Source of the DNA: an uncultured candidate division Zixibacteria bacterium
GTDB lineage: Bacteria > Zixibacteria > MSB-5A5 > GN15 > FEB-12
DNA: 64,000 nucleotides
Direction of reading: 5' to 3'
Assembly (NCBI GenBank): GCA_963664195.1
Contig: OY760907.1
Location: forward strand, 2,400,001 to 2,464,000
Shown: positions 51,799 to 61,131 of the stretch, piece after piece
Numbering within the stretch: position 1 is the stretch's first letter
Layout of the letters: each line of letters begins with the position of its first letter
The notes under the pieces: generated by a model
Databases searched by the model: none
Told to the model about the DNA's origin: nothing
What the model saw: the letters and a program-made list of their open reading frames with translations, nothing else
Translations under genes and position numbers: made by a program

Positions 51799-53250
51799 AT
51801 GGTAGATTACGTATCAGCATTATCGATTGACTTCAGCCTGATTTATCCGGAAATCGCGCTGTTGATCGGGTCATTCCTGATTCTGCTTTTGGCCCCATCG
51901 AAACGGCTCAATCAGTCGGCGTTTGGCCTCGCAGTGGTCACATACGTCGTTGCTCTGATTCTGGCCAGCCAGCAATGGGGACACCAGGGCTCCGGGTTCG
52001 GCGACATGGTCGTTTGCGACAGTTTTGGCGTTATGTTCAAGCTCATATTCGTGGTGGCCTGTATCACGACGCTGTTCCTTGGACGAAGCTATCTGACCTC
52101 GAAGAATCTTGACCGACCGGAGTATTACGCTCTCATGCTCATCTCGTCGGTCGGCATGATGGTCATGGCGAACACTGCCGATCTGGTTGTGATGTTCATC
52201 GGTCTGGAGGTCATGTCGCTGCCTTTATATGTGATGGCCGGATTGAATCGTCGCTCGCTCGAATCAAACGAGGCCGGACTCAAGTATTTCGTTATGGGGG
52301 CATTTGCTACGGCCTTCCTGCTGATGGGGATCACGTTCATTTTCGGAGCGGCAGAGTCGACCAACCTTCGCCGAATTGTCACAGACTTCGCGTACATCGC
52401 GGATCAATCGACGGTGTATCTGTATTGCGGCGTTATCCTGATCCTGATCGGGTTTGGATTCAAGATTGCCGCCGTACCGTTCCATTCGTGGGTACCGGAC
52501 GTCTACCAGGGTGCTCCCACACCGGTGACCGCGTTCTTCTCGGTGGCGCCGAAAGCGGCGGGTTTTGCGGTAATGCTCCGCATATTCGTATTCGGTTTCT
52601 CGGGTATCGAACACCTTTCGACCATCTTCTGGATCCTTGCGGTGCTGACCATGTCAGTCGGCAATATCCTCGCATTAAGGCAGGAGAACGTGAAACGAAT
52701 GCTGGCCTATTCGTCGATCTCCCACGCCGGGTATATTCTCGTGGCGCTGGCGGTTGGTGGGGGAGATGCCGTTTCCTCGGCGATCTTCTATCTGGTTGCG
52801 TACACGATGTTCAACCTCGGCGGTTTCACCGTCGTCACTTTGCTTGAGACGCGAACCGGCTGCAAGTCGGATTTCACGGAGTTGGTCGGCCTGTCCAGGG
52901 CACACCCGTACCTGGCCGCGATCCTGGCGCTGTTCATGTTCGCACTGTCCGGTTTTCCTCCGACTGCCGGTTTCTTCGGCAAGTTCTACGTCTTTTCCGC
53001 CGCAGTACAGTCGGGCTTCCTTTGGCTGGCCGTCATCGGTGTGATGAACTCATTTGTCTCAGTCTACTACTATCTTCGGGTGATAAAGACATCGTACTTC
53101 GATACGGCAGAGACTGCCGCCAAACCGATCGCGTTTACACCGTCGATCACGGTGGCACTGGTGATTACGATTGTCGGGACACTCGGACTCGGGTTCTTCC
53201 CGCAACAGTTGCTGGAATTCTCGCGGGCAGCGATCTTCAACATGCCGTAA
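51799..53250 (+). CDS. nuoN: NADH-quinone oxidoreductase subunit N
   Basis: EAGLKYF..G, FKIAAVPFHSWVPDVYQGAP, KRMLAYSSISHAGY, GFFGKF. Confidence 0.97.
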   Translation: MVDYVSALSIDFSLIYPEIALLIGSFLILLLAPSKRLNQSAFGLAVVTYVVALILASQQWGHQGSGFGDMVVCDSFGVMFKLIFVVACITTLFLGRSYLTSKNLDRPEYYALMLISSVGMMVMANTADLVVMFIGLEVMSLPLYVMAGLNRRSLESNEAGLKYFVMGAFATAFLLMGITFIFGAAESTNLRRIVTDFAYIADQSTVYLYCGVILILIGFGFKIAAVPFHSWVPDVYQGAPTPVTAFFSVAPKAAGFAVMLRIFVFGFSGIEHLSTIFWILAVLTMSVGNILALRQENVKRMLAYSSISHAGYILVALAVGGGDAVSSAIFYLVAYTMFNLGGFTVVTLLETRTGCKSDFTELVGLSRAHPYLAAILALFMFALSGFPPTAGFFGKFYVFSAAVQSGFLWLAVIGVMNSFVSVYYYLRVIKTSYFDTAETAAKPIAFTPSITVALVITIVGTLGLGFFPQQLLEFSRAAIFNMP

Positions 53251-53314
53251 GGAGTGTTGCTGACAAGTCTCTTGGTTTACATGCCGTTGGATGATCTGGG
53301 GCTGTCTCCCACAA

Positions 53315-53357
53315 GTAGGTCGAAACCCGACGCAGCGAGCTGTCTGCGGTTTCGACA
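53315..53357 (+). repeat. GTAG-type REP-like palindrome (long-spacer variant) between convergent nuoN and purF
   Basis: GTAGGTCGAAACCCGACGCAGCGAGCTGTCTGCGGTTTCGACA. Confidence 0.7.
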
Positions 53358-53444
53358 TCCTTGGCGGATTTGAAGACGGCCACTCGTGGCATTGACCCGT
53401 CCTACGGGATGTGCTCACGATCCCTTGCGAATCACACTCGACTA

Positions 53445-54851
53445 CTACTTCTTCGGTTTGTCCAGATTGAACTTGCCGTTCGTTTTCGGTACTTTGATCG
53501 GATATTTACCCGAGAAACAGCCGTGACAGAAAGTCGTGTCAGGCAGCGACGGCATCTTGAGCATCCCTTCAAGCGACAAATAGCGAAGAGAATCCACGCC
53601 AAGATACTTCTCGATCCTCTTGACTGACGAATTCGACGCAATCAGTTCCTTCCTGGTCGGCATGTCGATACCGAAGAAGCAGGGAGATACGATCGGGGGA
53701 GAGGATATGCGAAGGTGCACTTCCTTGGCTCCTGCCTCACGGATCATCTTGCAGAGCTTTTTCGATGTCGTTCCTCTGACGATTGAATCGTCAATGACGA
53801 TTACCCGTTTGTCTCGAAGAACACCCTTGACGGGATTGAACTTCAGGCGAACATCGAGGTCGCGGACGTGCTGTTCCGGATCAATGAAAGTACGTCCGAC
53901 ATAGTGGTTTCTAATCAAGCCGATCTCAAATCGAATACCTGATTCCTCCGCATAACCAAGCGTGGCCGTGTTGGCCGAGTCCGGAATACCGATGACGATA
54001 TCCGCCTCAACCGGATGCTCTCGCGCTAAAAGACGTCCAAGACGCCGCCGAACCTTGTCGACATTCTCCCCGAATATCCTGGAATCCGGACGTGAGAAGT
54101 AAATGTACTCAAAAATGCAGAAAGCATGCTTGCATCGTGTTGTCAGTTCTGTCGAAGTGATGCCATTCTTGTTTATTTCGATAACTTCACCCGGTTCAAC
54201 ATCCCTCACGTATTCCGCGCCGATCAGATCAAACGCGCAGGTTTCGGAGGCCACTACCCAAGATTTTCCGTACTTGCCGATTGCCAGTGGGCGGAATCCC
54301 TGTGGATCCCTGGCCGCGATAAGGGAATTTTCGGTCAGGAACAGGACGGAATACGCTCCCCTGATCTTCTTGAGCGCGTCGCAAATACGTTCAAACCGTG
54401 TGTTCTTGGTCGAGGTGGCTACAAGGTGCAAAACGATTTCAGTATCAGACGTAGTCTGAAAAATAGAACCGCGCGAATCCAGCTTCTTCTTCAGATCATA
54501 GGCGTTGGTCAGATTACCGTTGTGGGCCAGTGCCAGGCTGGAGTCACGATTGGTTATGATAAACGGCTGAATGTTAAGCAGCGAGGACGCGCCGGTGGTG
54601 CTGTATCGCGTGTGGCCGATGGATATCTTGCCGGTCAGTTTTGCTATATTCTCTTCCAGATGGAAAACCTCGGAGACCTGTCCCATCCCCTTGTGGAGAT
54701 GAAATACGCCGTCGCTGGAGGTTACAATCCCCGCGGATTCCTGCCCTCGATGCTGTAGAGCATAGAGCCCCAGATAGGTAAGCTCAGCTGCCTTCTCGTC
54801 TCCCCAGATGCCAAAAACGCCGCAGTTATCATGAACCATATCGTCCAGCAT
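53445..54851 (-). CDS. purF: Amidophosphoribosyltransferase
   Basis: Propeptide then CGVFG, LQHRGQESAG, GHTRYST, DDSIVRGTT, and Fe-S Cys residues (CIFE, CFFG, C..C). Confidence 0.97.
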   Translation of the reverse strand: MLDDMVHDNCGVFGIWGDEKAAELTYLGLYALQHRGQESAGIVTSSDGVFHLHKGMGQVSEVFHLEENIAKLTGKISIGHTRYSTTGASSLLNIQPFIITNRDSSLALAHNGNLTNAYDLKKKLDSRGSIFQTTSDTEIVLHLVATSTKNTRFERICDALKKIRGAYSVLFLTENSLIAARDPQGFRPLAIGKYGKSWVVASETCAFDLIGAEYVRDVEPGEVIEINKNGITSTELTTRCKHAFCIFEYIYFSRPDSRIFGENVDKVRRRLGRLLAREHPVEADIVIGIPDSANTATLGYAEESGIRFEIGLIRNHYVGRTFIDPEQHVRDLDVRLKFNPVKGVLRDKRVIVIDDSIVRGTTSKKLCKMIREAGAKEVHLRISSPPIVSPCFFGIDMPTRKELIASNSSVKRIEKYLGVDSLRYLSLEGMLKMPSLPDTTFCHGCFSGKYPIKVPKTNGKFNLDKPKK

Positions 54852-55137
54852 TAGCAGTATTCCTCCGAGTCTACCTAAATGGAAGCAGGTAACTTACCTT
54901 CTCTGCCAGCGTATGTCAACGGCTTTTGGCAGTATCTTCACAAGTGTGAAACAAAGTGCAGGTAGTCGCGCGTAGATCGTCGCGTGTGCATAAATTGAGC
55001 ACAGAAACTTCTGGATAAGTTCCTGCAATTGTTGTACTTTAGCGGAAGATTCAAATGTACACGCTTTTACTTTAACTTTTGGCGCCACGCGCACCTCTTT
55101 TGCTGAATATGCTTCTGGAATACAAACCAGAGAGTCT

Positions 55138-55911
55138 ATGAACGAGAAAGATCATCTTCGATACGAAATCCTTCGCCAGCTGGCAGTAGCCGGCTCGCGT
55201 GGATCCGCGGTTAAGGCTACAGCCGAAGCAGCTCTGCGAAGTGCTGCCGAGTTGGTCGGTCTGAGTGCCGCAGCCATGTATCTCTGGGATGATCAGATGA
55301 GTATCAAGGTCAGTGCCACCAGCGCTGACTCCGATGAATCCAGGCGTAAGTTGGAGTTGCTTGAACACGGCCTCCTGAGAAACCTTCGCTCCGAAAGCGA
55401 ACTGGTCGCGGCTTACATGTCGTTTGGCGGCGATTTTCCCTATCACTCGTTCACTTTACCCCTCGTTCACACTGACAAAATCTTGGGGGCCGTGATCGGC
55501 CTGCAGCACGGTGAACGGACCATCGTTTCGGAGGATTTGTTCTTGGAAGCACTCAGCGCAGCTATTGCCGTTCATGTGGTCGCAACAACCGGCGAAAAAG
55601 CGATACCGAAAGACGTCCTCGACAAAGAACGACTCGGAGCAATTGTCGAGACGGCAGTGACCGTCAACCACGAAATCAACAATCCCCTCACTGCCATTCT
55701 TGGCAACGTCCAGTTGCTGCTGATGAAGCACGACGATCTGGACCCGGAACTCAGGGCCAAGCTGGAAGTCATCGAGGCCTCGGCCGGCAGGATCAAAGAC
55801 GTTACTCAGAAGCTGCTTCGATTGACCACGGCCCGCACGGTCGACTACTCGATGGGCACCAGTATGATTGACATTTCGGACGAGGATATCGACAGTTCCG
55901 AAGACGAGTAG
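55138..55911 (+). CDS. GAF-like plus HisKA phosphoacceptor protein lacking an ATPase (CA) domain
   Basis: TVNHEINNPLTAILGNVQLL H-box. The protein ends about 75 aa after the His with no N/G1/F/G2 boxes. Confidence 0.82.
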   Translation: MNEKDHLRYEILRQLAVAGSRGSAVKATAEAALRSAAELVGLSAAAMYLWDDQMSIKVSATSADSDESRRKLELLEHGLLRNLRSESELVAAYMSFGGDFPYHSFTLPLVHTDKILGAVIGLQHGERTIVSEDLFLEALSAAIAVHVVATTGEKAIPKDVLDKERLGAIVETAVTVNHEINNPLTAILGNVQLLLMKHDDLDPELRAKLEVIEASAGRIKDVTQKLLRLTTARTVDYSMGTSMIDISDEDIDSSEDE

Positions 55912-56001
55912 TTCCAGTCCTGAAGCTTCTTGGTAATCTCCAGTCGTCCTGCATACTATCGCAACCTCCCGCAAGCTCCGCCAATACGTGTGTGACTGAA
56001 G

Positions 56002-56030
56002 AAAAAAAAACGGCGGTCACAAGACCGCCG
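56002..56030 (-). terminator. Rho-independent terminator
   Basis: Minus strand CGGCGGTC-TTGT-GACCGCCG-T9, about 35 nt after the stop of the FAD oxidoreductase. Confidence 0.88.
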
Positions 56031-56064
56031 CCCAAGCTACTACAAACTGCCGTGAAGTACTGTG

Positions 56065-57216
56065 CTAGATGACGTTTGTCTCCTCTGAGACTTCAACACC
56101 TTCGGCAAACCGGTTCGGGCTGAGATCGGAAATGTCAATCGAAGGCTCTTTGCCAGTCAGGATTTCGGAGGTCATCACGCCCACAGCCGGGGCATGCATG
56201 AGACCGTGGCCGGAGAATCCAACCGCGTGAAACAGTCCCGCTACCTTTGGATCAAATCCGATGATCGCCCGGTGGTCCGGAGTTGTTTCGTACAAGCCCG
56301 CCCACTGGTTGGCGATTTCCGCCGTCTCCAGTTGGGGCATGCGATCCAGCGCACGCTCCAGAATGTTGTCGGTGTAGTCCGGGTCGACCGAGATATCAAA
56401 CGATGGTTTTACGTTCTTGTCTGCCCATCCCAGCAGCAGTCCTTTGGATTCCTTGTGGCTGTAGAGGCCGGAAGCAACATCGACAATCATGGGGAAGAAC
56501 GGCTTGACAAAATCCAGAGCTCCGGTGGTCACGCACTGACGACGGATCGGTTCGACTTTGATATCACTACCGACCATTTCACCAACCAGGCGCGCAAACG
56601 GTCCGGAGGCGTTGACGACAGTACCGCAGGTAATGTTGCCCCTGTTTGTCACGACTTCGGTAACCTTGCCACCTTCCGTATTGATGCCGGTAACTTCCGT
56701 CTCAAGGACAATCTCCACGCCGAGTTTCCTTGCGGCATGCTCGTAGCCGGACAGGAATTCGTGCGGATCAGCGAGGCCGTCGTCTTTACAGAATGTGGCC
56801 AACTGAATATCATCGGTGCGCACATGCGGTGCGTATTGGGCGATATCTTCAGGCTTCAGCAGTTCAACGTTCAAACCGACCGACCGCTGCATCTCAACAT
56901 GTTTCTTGAACAGAGCGACATCCTCGTCGCGTGACAACAGGAACATATATCCGACCTGATCGAAAAAGGCATCCGAACCGGTGTCTTCCTTGAAACGACA
57001 GAAGAGCTCCTCGGAGAGCATGGACATCTGGACATTTACTTTGCTGGCAAACTGTGCCCGAATACCGCCGGCTGCCTTTGAGGTCGACCAGGAACCGAGA
57101 AACTGTTCCTTTTCGAGCAACACAACCCGACCGTATTTCTCACGTGCCAGATAAAAAGCAACTGCCATCCCGATGATTCCGCCCCCGATTACAACTGCAT
57201 CTGCTTTATTGGTCAT
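56065..57216 (-). CDS. FAD-dependent oxidoreductase (DAO / sarcosine oxidase beta-like)
   Basis: VVIGGGIIG, ST.KAAGGIR, WAGLYETTPDH, GFSGHGLMHAP. Confidence 0.9.
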   Translation of the reverse strand: MTNKADAVVIGGGIIGMAVAFYLAREKYGRVVLLEKEQFLGSWSTSKAAGGIRAQFASKVNVQMSMLSEELFCRFKEDTGSDAFFDQVGYMFLLSRDEDVALFKKHVEMQRSVGLNVELLKPEDIAQYAPHVRTDDIQLATFCKDDGLADPHEFLSGYEHAARKLGVEIVLETEVTGINTEGGKVTEVVTNRGNITCGTVVNASGPFARLVGEMVGSDIKVEPIRRQCVTTGALDFVKPFFPMIVDVASGLYSHKESKGLLLGWADKNVKPSFDISVDPDYTDNILERALDRMPQLETAEIANQWAGLYETTPDHRAIIGFDPKVAGLFHAVGFSGHGLMHAPAVGVMTSEILTGKEPSIDISDLSPNRFAEGVEVSEETNVI

Positions 57217-57387
57217 CTGACTTCCTTCCAAAAGACGCCCCCGAAACTCACGTCCACTTTTTCAACAATGTACGCCAAGCCGCCGTTAAGTCAAGACCTT
57301 TGGGGCCGTTCTGAGGGCAAAACAGACCGGAAGAGGTTTCAAAAAAACGGTTGTCAGAACTTAAAAAAAGCATAGATTCAGAGTCCA

Positions 57388-59148
57388 ATGATTAGGGTAG
57401 CAGCAACAAGACTCCTCAAACGGGTTCAACCTTCCGAGACGAACCTGCTTATCCTCCTTTCGGTGATTGTGGGGCTGGCTACTGCATTCGGTGCCATGGG
57501 GTTTGTGCTCCTCATCGAGTACTTCAACGGGCTGTTTTTCGGTCTCACCGACCAGATACTGACTACGGCCGTGGGTTTTGCGAATTGGGGCGGCTACAAG
57601 TGGTGGTTTCCCATCATACCGGCGCTCGGCGGACTCCTGGTGGGGCCGATTGTCTTCAAGTTTGCCTCGGAGGCCAAAGGCCACGGCGTTCCCGAGGTCA
57701 TGAACTCTGTCGCCCGTCTGGGTGGTATTATCCGACCCAGGGTGGCGGTGGCCAAGACGATTGCTTCGGCGATTTGCATAGGCTCCGGCGGCTCCGCGGG
57801 TCGTGAGGGTCCGATCGTTCAGATTGGATCCGCGTTTGGATCCACTGTCGGGCAGATGTTCCGTATGTCGGGCGACCGAGTGAAGATACTCGTCGGTTGT
57901 GGTGCCGCCGCAGGCATCTCGGCGGTGTTCAACGCCCCCATCGCTGGCGTGATTTTCTCCCTTGAGGTGATTCTGGGCGATTTCGCAATCAAAACTTTTG
58001 CACCGGTCATTTTGGCCTCGGTGGTGTCGTCGGTTGTGACCCGGACTTTCATGGGCAACCACCCGGCATTCGAGGTGCCCAGTTATTCTCTGGTCTCGGC
58101 CTGGGAGATTCCGATGTACGTGGTTTTGGGTGTCGTGCTCGGAGCGCTGTCCGTGGTTTTCATAAGGGTACTCGATTGGTTTGAGGACACTTTCGACAAA
58201 CTCAAAATCAACAATATGGTCAAACCGGCGCTCGGTGGTCTGTTGCTGGGGGTGTTGGCCATATTCTACCCGCAGGTGCTTGCCGACGGCTACAAGACTA
58301 TCAGCCTGACGCTCTATGGTAATATAGGTATCTGGCTGCTGCTGTTGCTGATCTTCATGAAACTGCTGGCTACCTCATTGACGCTCGGCTCCGGCAACTC
58401 GGGCGGTATTTTCGCTCCCGCGCTGTTTATGGGGGCGACCGCCGGCGGATCGTTCGGCGTCATGATCAATAAGCTGTTTCCGACTGTCACAGCCACTCCC
58501 GGCGCATATGCCCTTGTGGGGATGGCCGGTATGGTGGCGGGGGCCGCCCACGCGCCGATGACAGCTATGCTGATCATCTTTGAAATGACCTCCGACTACC
58601 GAATTATACTGCCCTTGATGGTTACTGTCGTATTTGCCGCACTTGTAGCAGGGCGGTTGTTCCCGCACTCGATCTACACGGTGAAACTGGCCAAGCGAGG
58701 TATTGAGCTTCGCGGTGGCAAGGATATCAACGTCCTGAAATCTCACACGGTCTCTGAAGTGATGGACACGGAGTTCGAGACTATTCCGTCCTCGACCACG
58801 CTGCTCGATATTTTCAATATCATCGAGCATTCTCGCGAGTCTTACTTCATCGTAGCTGACCGCCAGGGTCAAATGAAGGGTGTGCTATCGTTCCAGGATA
58901 TCCGCAATCTGCTCAGCCAGCACACGCTTGATTATCTGGTCATTGCACAGGATCTGGTATCGCCCGAGCCGGTAGTGTTGCGGCTTGGCGATGATCTGGA
59001 AAAGGCCTACAGCGTTTTCGGGCAGCGCGACTTTGTCCTCGTTCCGGTAGTTGAGGACGGTGACTCGCGCAAGGTTGTCGGTGTGGTCCGTCGGGACAAT
59101 CTGATCGATTTCTACAACAAACAGCTTATCGAAAAGCTCCGCCAGTAG
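57388..59148 (+). CDS. ClC-family chloride channel / H+-Cl- antiporter with C-terminal CBS pair
   Basis: GHGVPEV, GREGP (gating Glu), FNAPIAG, GGIFAP, and a CBS tail (EVMD...GVLSFQDI...GVVRRDN). Confidence 0.93.
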   Translation: MIRVAATRLLKRVQPSETNLLILLSVIVGLATAFGAMGFVLLIEYFNGLFFGLTDQILTTAVGFANWGGYKWWFPIIPALGGLLVGPIVFKFASEAKGHGVPEVMNSVARLGGIIRPRVAVAKTIASAICIGSGGSAGREGPIVQIGSAFGSTVGQMFRMSGDRVKILVGCGAAAGISAVFNAPIAGVIFSLEVILGDFAIKTFAPVILASVVSSVVTRTFMGNHPAFEVPSYSLVSAWEIPMYVVLGVVLGALSVVFIRVLDWFEDTFDKLKINNMVKPALGGLLLGVLAIFYPQVLADGYKTISLTLYGNIGIWLLLLLIFMKLLATSLTLGSGNSGGIFAPALFMGATAGGSFGVMINKLFPTVTATPGAYALVGMAGMVAGAAHAPMTAMLIIFEMTSDYRIILPLMVTVVFAALVAGRLFPHSIYTVKLAKRGIELRGGKDINVLKSHTVSEVMDTEFETIPSSTTLLDIFNIIEHSRESYFIVADRQGQMKGVLSFQDIRNLLSQHTLDYLVIAQDLVSPEPVVLRLGDDLEKAYSVFGQRDFVLVPVVEDGDSRKVVGVVRRDNLIDFYNKQLIEKLRQ

Positions 59149-59161
59149 TTGCCCGCCCCGT

Positions 59162-60364
59162 CTAGCTCTTCATTTGTACTTTGGAACGCTGTTGTCGGGG
59201 GAGGGTGAGCGAAAAGGTTGAACCTTCGTTTTCGACAGAACTCGCCGTCAGCGTACCGCCGTGCTGCTCGGCGATCATCTTGCAGTTATACAGTCCCAGG
59301 CCGTGTCCGCCACGTTTGGTCGTGAAGTGGAGCGTGAACACTTTTGGCATTGTCTCTTTCGGGATGCCCATGCCGTTGTCGGTGATATCCACGATAAGCA
59401 TATCCAGGCTCTTATCGAACTGGGCAACGACCTCGATTTCCCGTTTGTAGGGGGAGGGCCCGCCGTAGAGCTTGATTGCCTTCTGGTCGATAGCGTCGGC
59501 CGCGTTGTTCAGCATGTTCAGCAGTACTTGTTGAATCTGGCCGACATCCATCTCGACATTCGGGATTTCATCGGCCATGTCGACCGTGAAGTGAATCAGC
59601 TTGAACCGGGACTGCACGCGAAGCGAGAACAGCAGGTCATCGATCAAGTGTTTGATGTCGTAGTTGATGTACTCCGCCTGTGGTCTGGCATGGTCCAGGA
59701 GACCTTCGGCAAACAGTTTGATCTTGAAAACGTTGTCAATAATCGACTTGCTGTTGAATTTGGCTTTTTCGTATCTCCGGCGGTCGACATTCAACGTCAT
59801 CAATTCGGCGTTGTTGGCGATTATCGCCAGGTGGTTGTTGAGCTGATGAGCCACCGAAGCCGCCATTTCGCCCCTGGCCACCAGTTTCTCAGAAAGAATG
59901 ACGTACTGCTCCAGTGTCACCTTGTCAGTGACATCCTCGAAAGTGAGACACAGGCCGGTAACTTCACCCGGCAACTCGGGGAGCGGACATATCCTCAGCG
60001 AGAGCACCTTTTCAAGGAATTTCGTATGGTGGTAGAACCGTGACTCCGTGAATTCCTCACTCGATATCAGCACCGTGGTCAGTAGTGATCGCCAGCGTGG
60101 GACTTCTTCATCCGGCAGCGTTTCGAGAAACGAGGTAGGCTGGTCAGTCTCAGCCGCCGTACGGATACGTGGCATGTCCAGATCAAATATCTCGTAGGCT
60201 TTCGGATTGGCAGCGAGAATCGATAGGTTGTTATCAAGGACCATCATGCCGATAGGGGAGTGTCGAACCACCACTTCCGCGAGGCGACCGGCTTCCTGGT
60301 GGTCGATGTTCCCGTCTGTGGCAGGGGGCGATGGCTTGTCTATCGATGTGCGCGGCTGTGTCAT
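59162..60364 (-). CDS. Cytoplasmic PAS-domain sensor histidine kinase
   Basis: PAS (SPIGMMVLD...ANP), H-box AHQLNNHL, N box QVLLNMLNNA, DNGMG, FTTK, GHGLGL. Confidence 0.9.
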   Translation of the reverse strand: MTQPRTSIDKPSPPATDGNIDHQEAGRLAEVVVRHSPIGMMVLDNNLSILAANPKAYEIFDLDMPRIRTAAETDQPTSFLETLPDEEVPRWRSLLTTVLISSEEFTESRFYHHTKFLEKVLSLRICPLPELPGEVTGLCLTFEDVTDKVTLEQYVILSEKLVARGEMAASVAHQLNNHLAIIANNAELMTLNVDRRRYEKAKFNSKSIIDNVFKIKLFAEGLLDHARPQAEYINYDIKHLIDDLLFSLRVQSRFKLIHFTVDMADEIPNVEMDVGQIQQVLLNMLNNAADAIDQKAIKLYGGPSPYKREIEVVAQFDKSLDMLIVDITDNGMGIPKETMPKVFTLHFTTKRGGHGLGLYNCKMIAEQHGGTLTASSVENEGSTFSLTLPRQQRSKVQMKS

Positions 60365-60471
60365 ATTCAGTCCAACCCTCTCAGCTCGAAATTCCGGTTG
60401 CAAAAACGCCTTCATTAACGTTATCGGTCTCAGAAATACAGGTCTTTACCGGGAAGTGAAAAAGGCGGAAA

Positions 60472-61113
60472 TCAGGGGACCGGCAGTATCTCAGCAGGGG
60501 AGATAGGGCGTGATTCGGCTTGGAATTCAGTACGTCCGTAGCCTGTCAGCTGGAGGAACTGGCGGAACAGGAACTCAACCGAAGAACCTCTGTTATCAGT
60601 GCCGCCCCCAGCTCCTATGTTGAAGTCTGTCAACGAGATAGTTGTCACTTTCAACGTCAGTTTGTAGTGCTCCTCGCTTTCCAGAGAGTCCATCGGAAGG
60701 AGGCAAAGCTCGATCGAGTCTCTCAGGTATTGAAAGGTCGAAGCCAGCGACACGAATTGCCGCCGCGGTTCAGTCGAGTCAACCGGGAATGACAATCGGT
60801 ATTCCTCGGTCACGGGCAAGTAGCTCAACTGATTAATCGCTGTTTCTCGGGCAACCCGCCGGTTGCCAAGAAAACGACGGGGGATGCTGAGGTCAGCCTC
60901 ATACTCGATAATGACACCAACGCCGTCTTTAAGCTGCTCGACTGTATGCGAGGAAATCAATCCCGACATGTCCATCCAGACCGTGACGCAGTCGTCACGG
61001 CCGTAGACGTCAAACGGGATAGTCTGCTTGTCGTCGGCTCTTGCGAGACCGGTCACGCCAACCAGCAGGACAATGATAGTCAACGCGCCTGTCGTATAGG
61101 ATCTCAGCCGCAC
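60472..61113 (-). CDS. DUF4390-like periplasmic protein
   Basis: Signal peptide and EQLKDGV...Y...L...R...LSYLPVTEEY pattern. Its position next to a kinase and sigma-54 regulator is typical. Confidence 0.6.
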   Translation of the reverse strand: MRLRSYTTGALTIIVLLVGVTGLARADDKQTIPFDVYGRDDCVTVWMDMSGLISSHTVEQLKDGVGVIIEYEADLSIPRRFLGNRRVARETAINQLSYLPVTEEYRLSFPVDSTEPRRQFVSLASTFQYLRDSIELCLLPMDSLESEEHYKLTLKVTTISLTDFNIGAGGGTDNRGSSVEFLFRQFLQLTGYGRTEFQAESRPISPAEILPVP

Positions 61114-61131
61114 CCGTCCTCCTGAGTTGTC

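Noticed and set aside
55075..55110. Sigma-54-like site upstream of the HisKA gene (GCGCACCTCTTTTGC)
   Set aside because: It lacks the invariant GG at -24.
56002..56010. A9 homopolymer as a slippage site
   Set aside because: It is the U-tract of a minus-strand intrinsic terminator.
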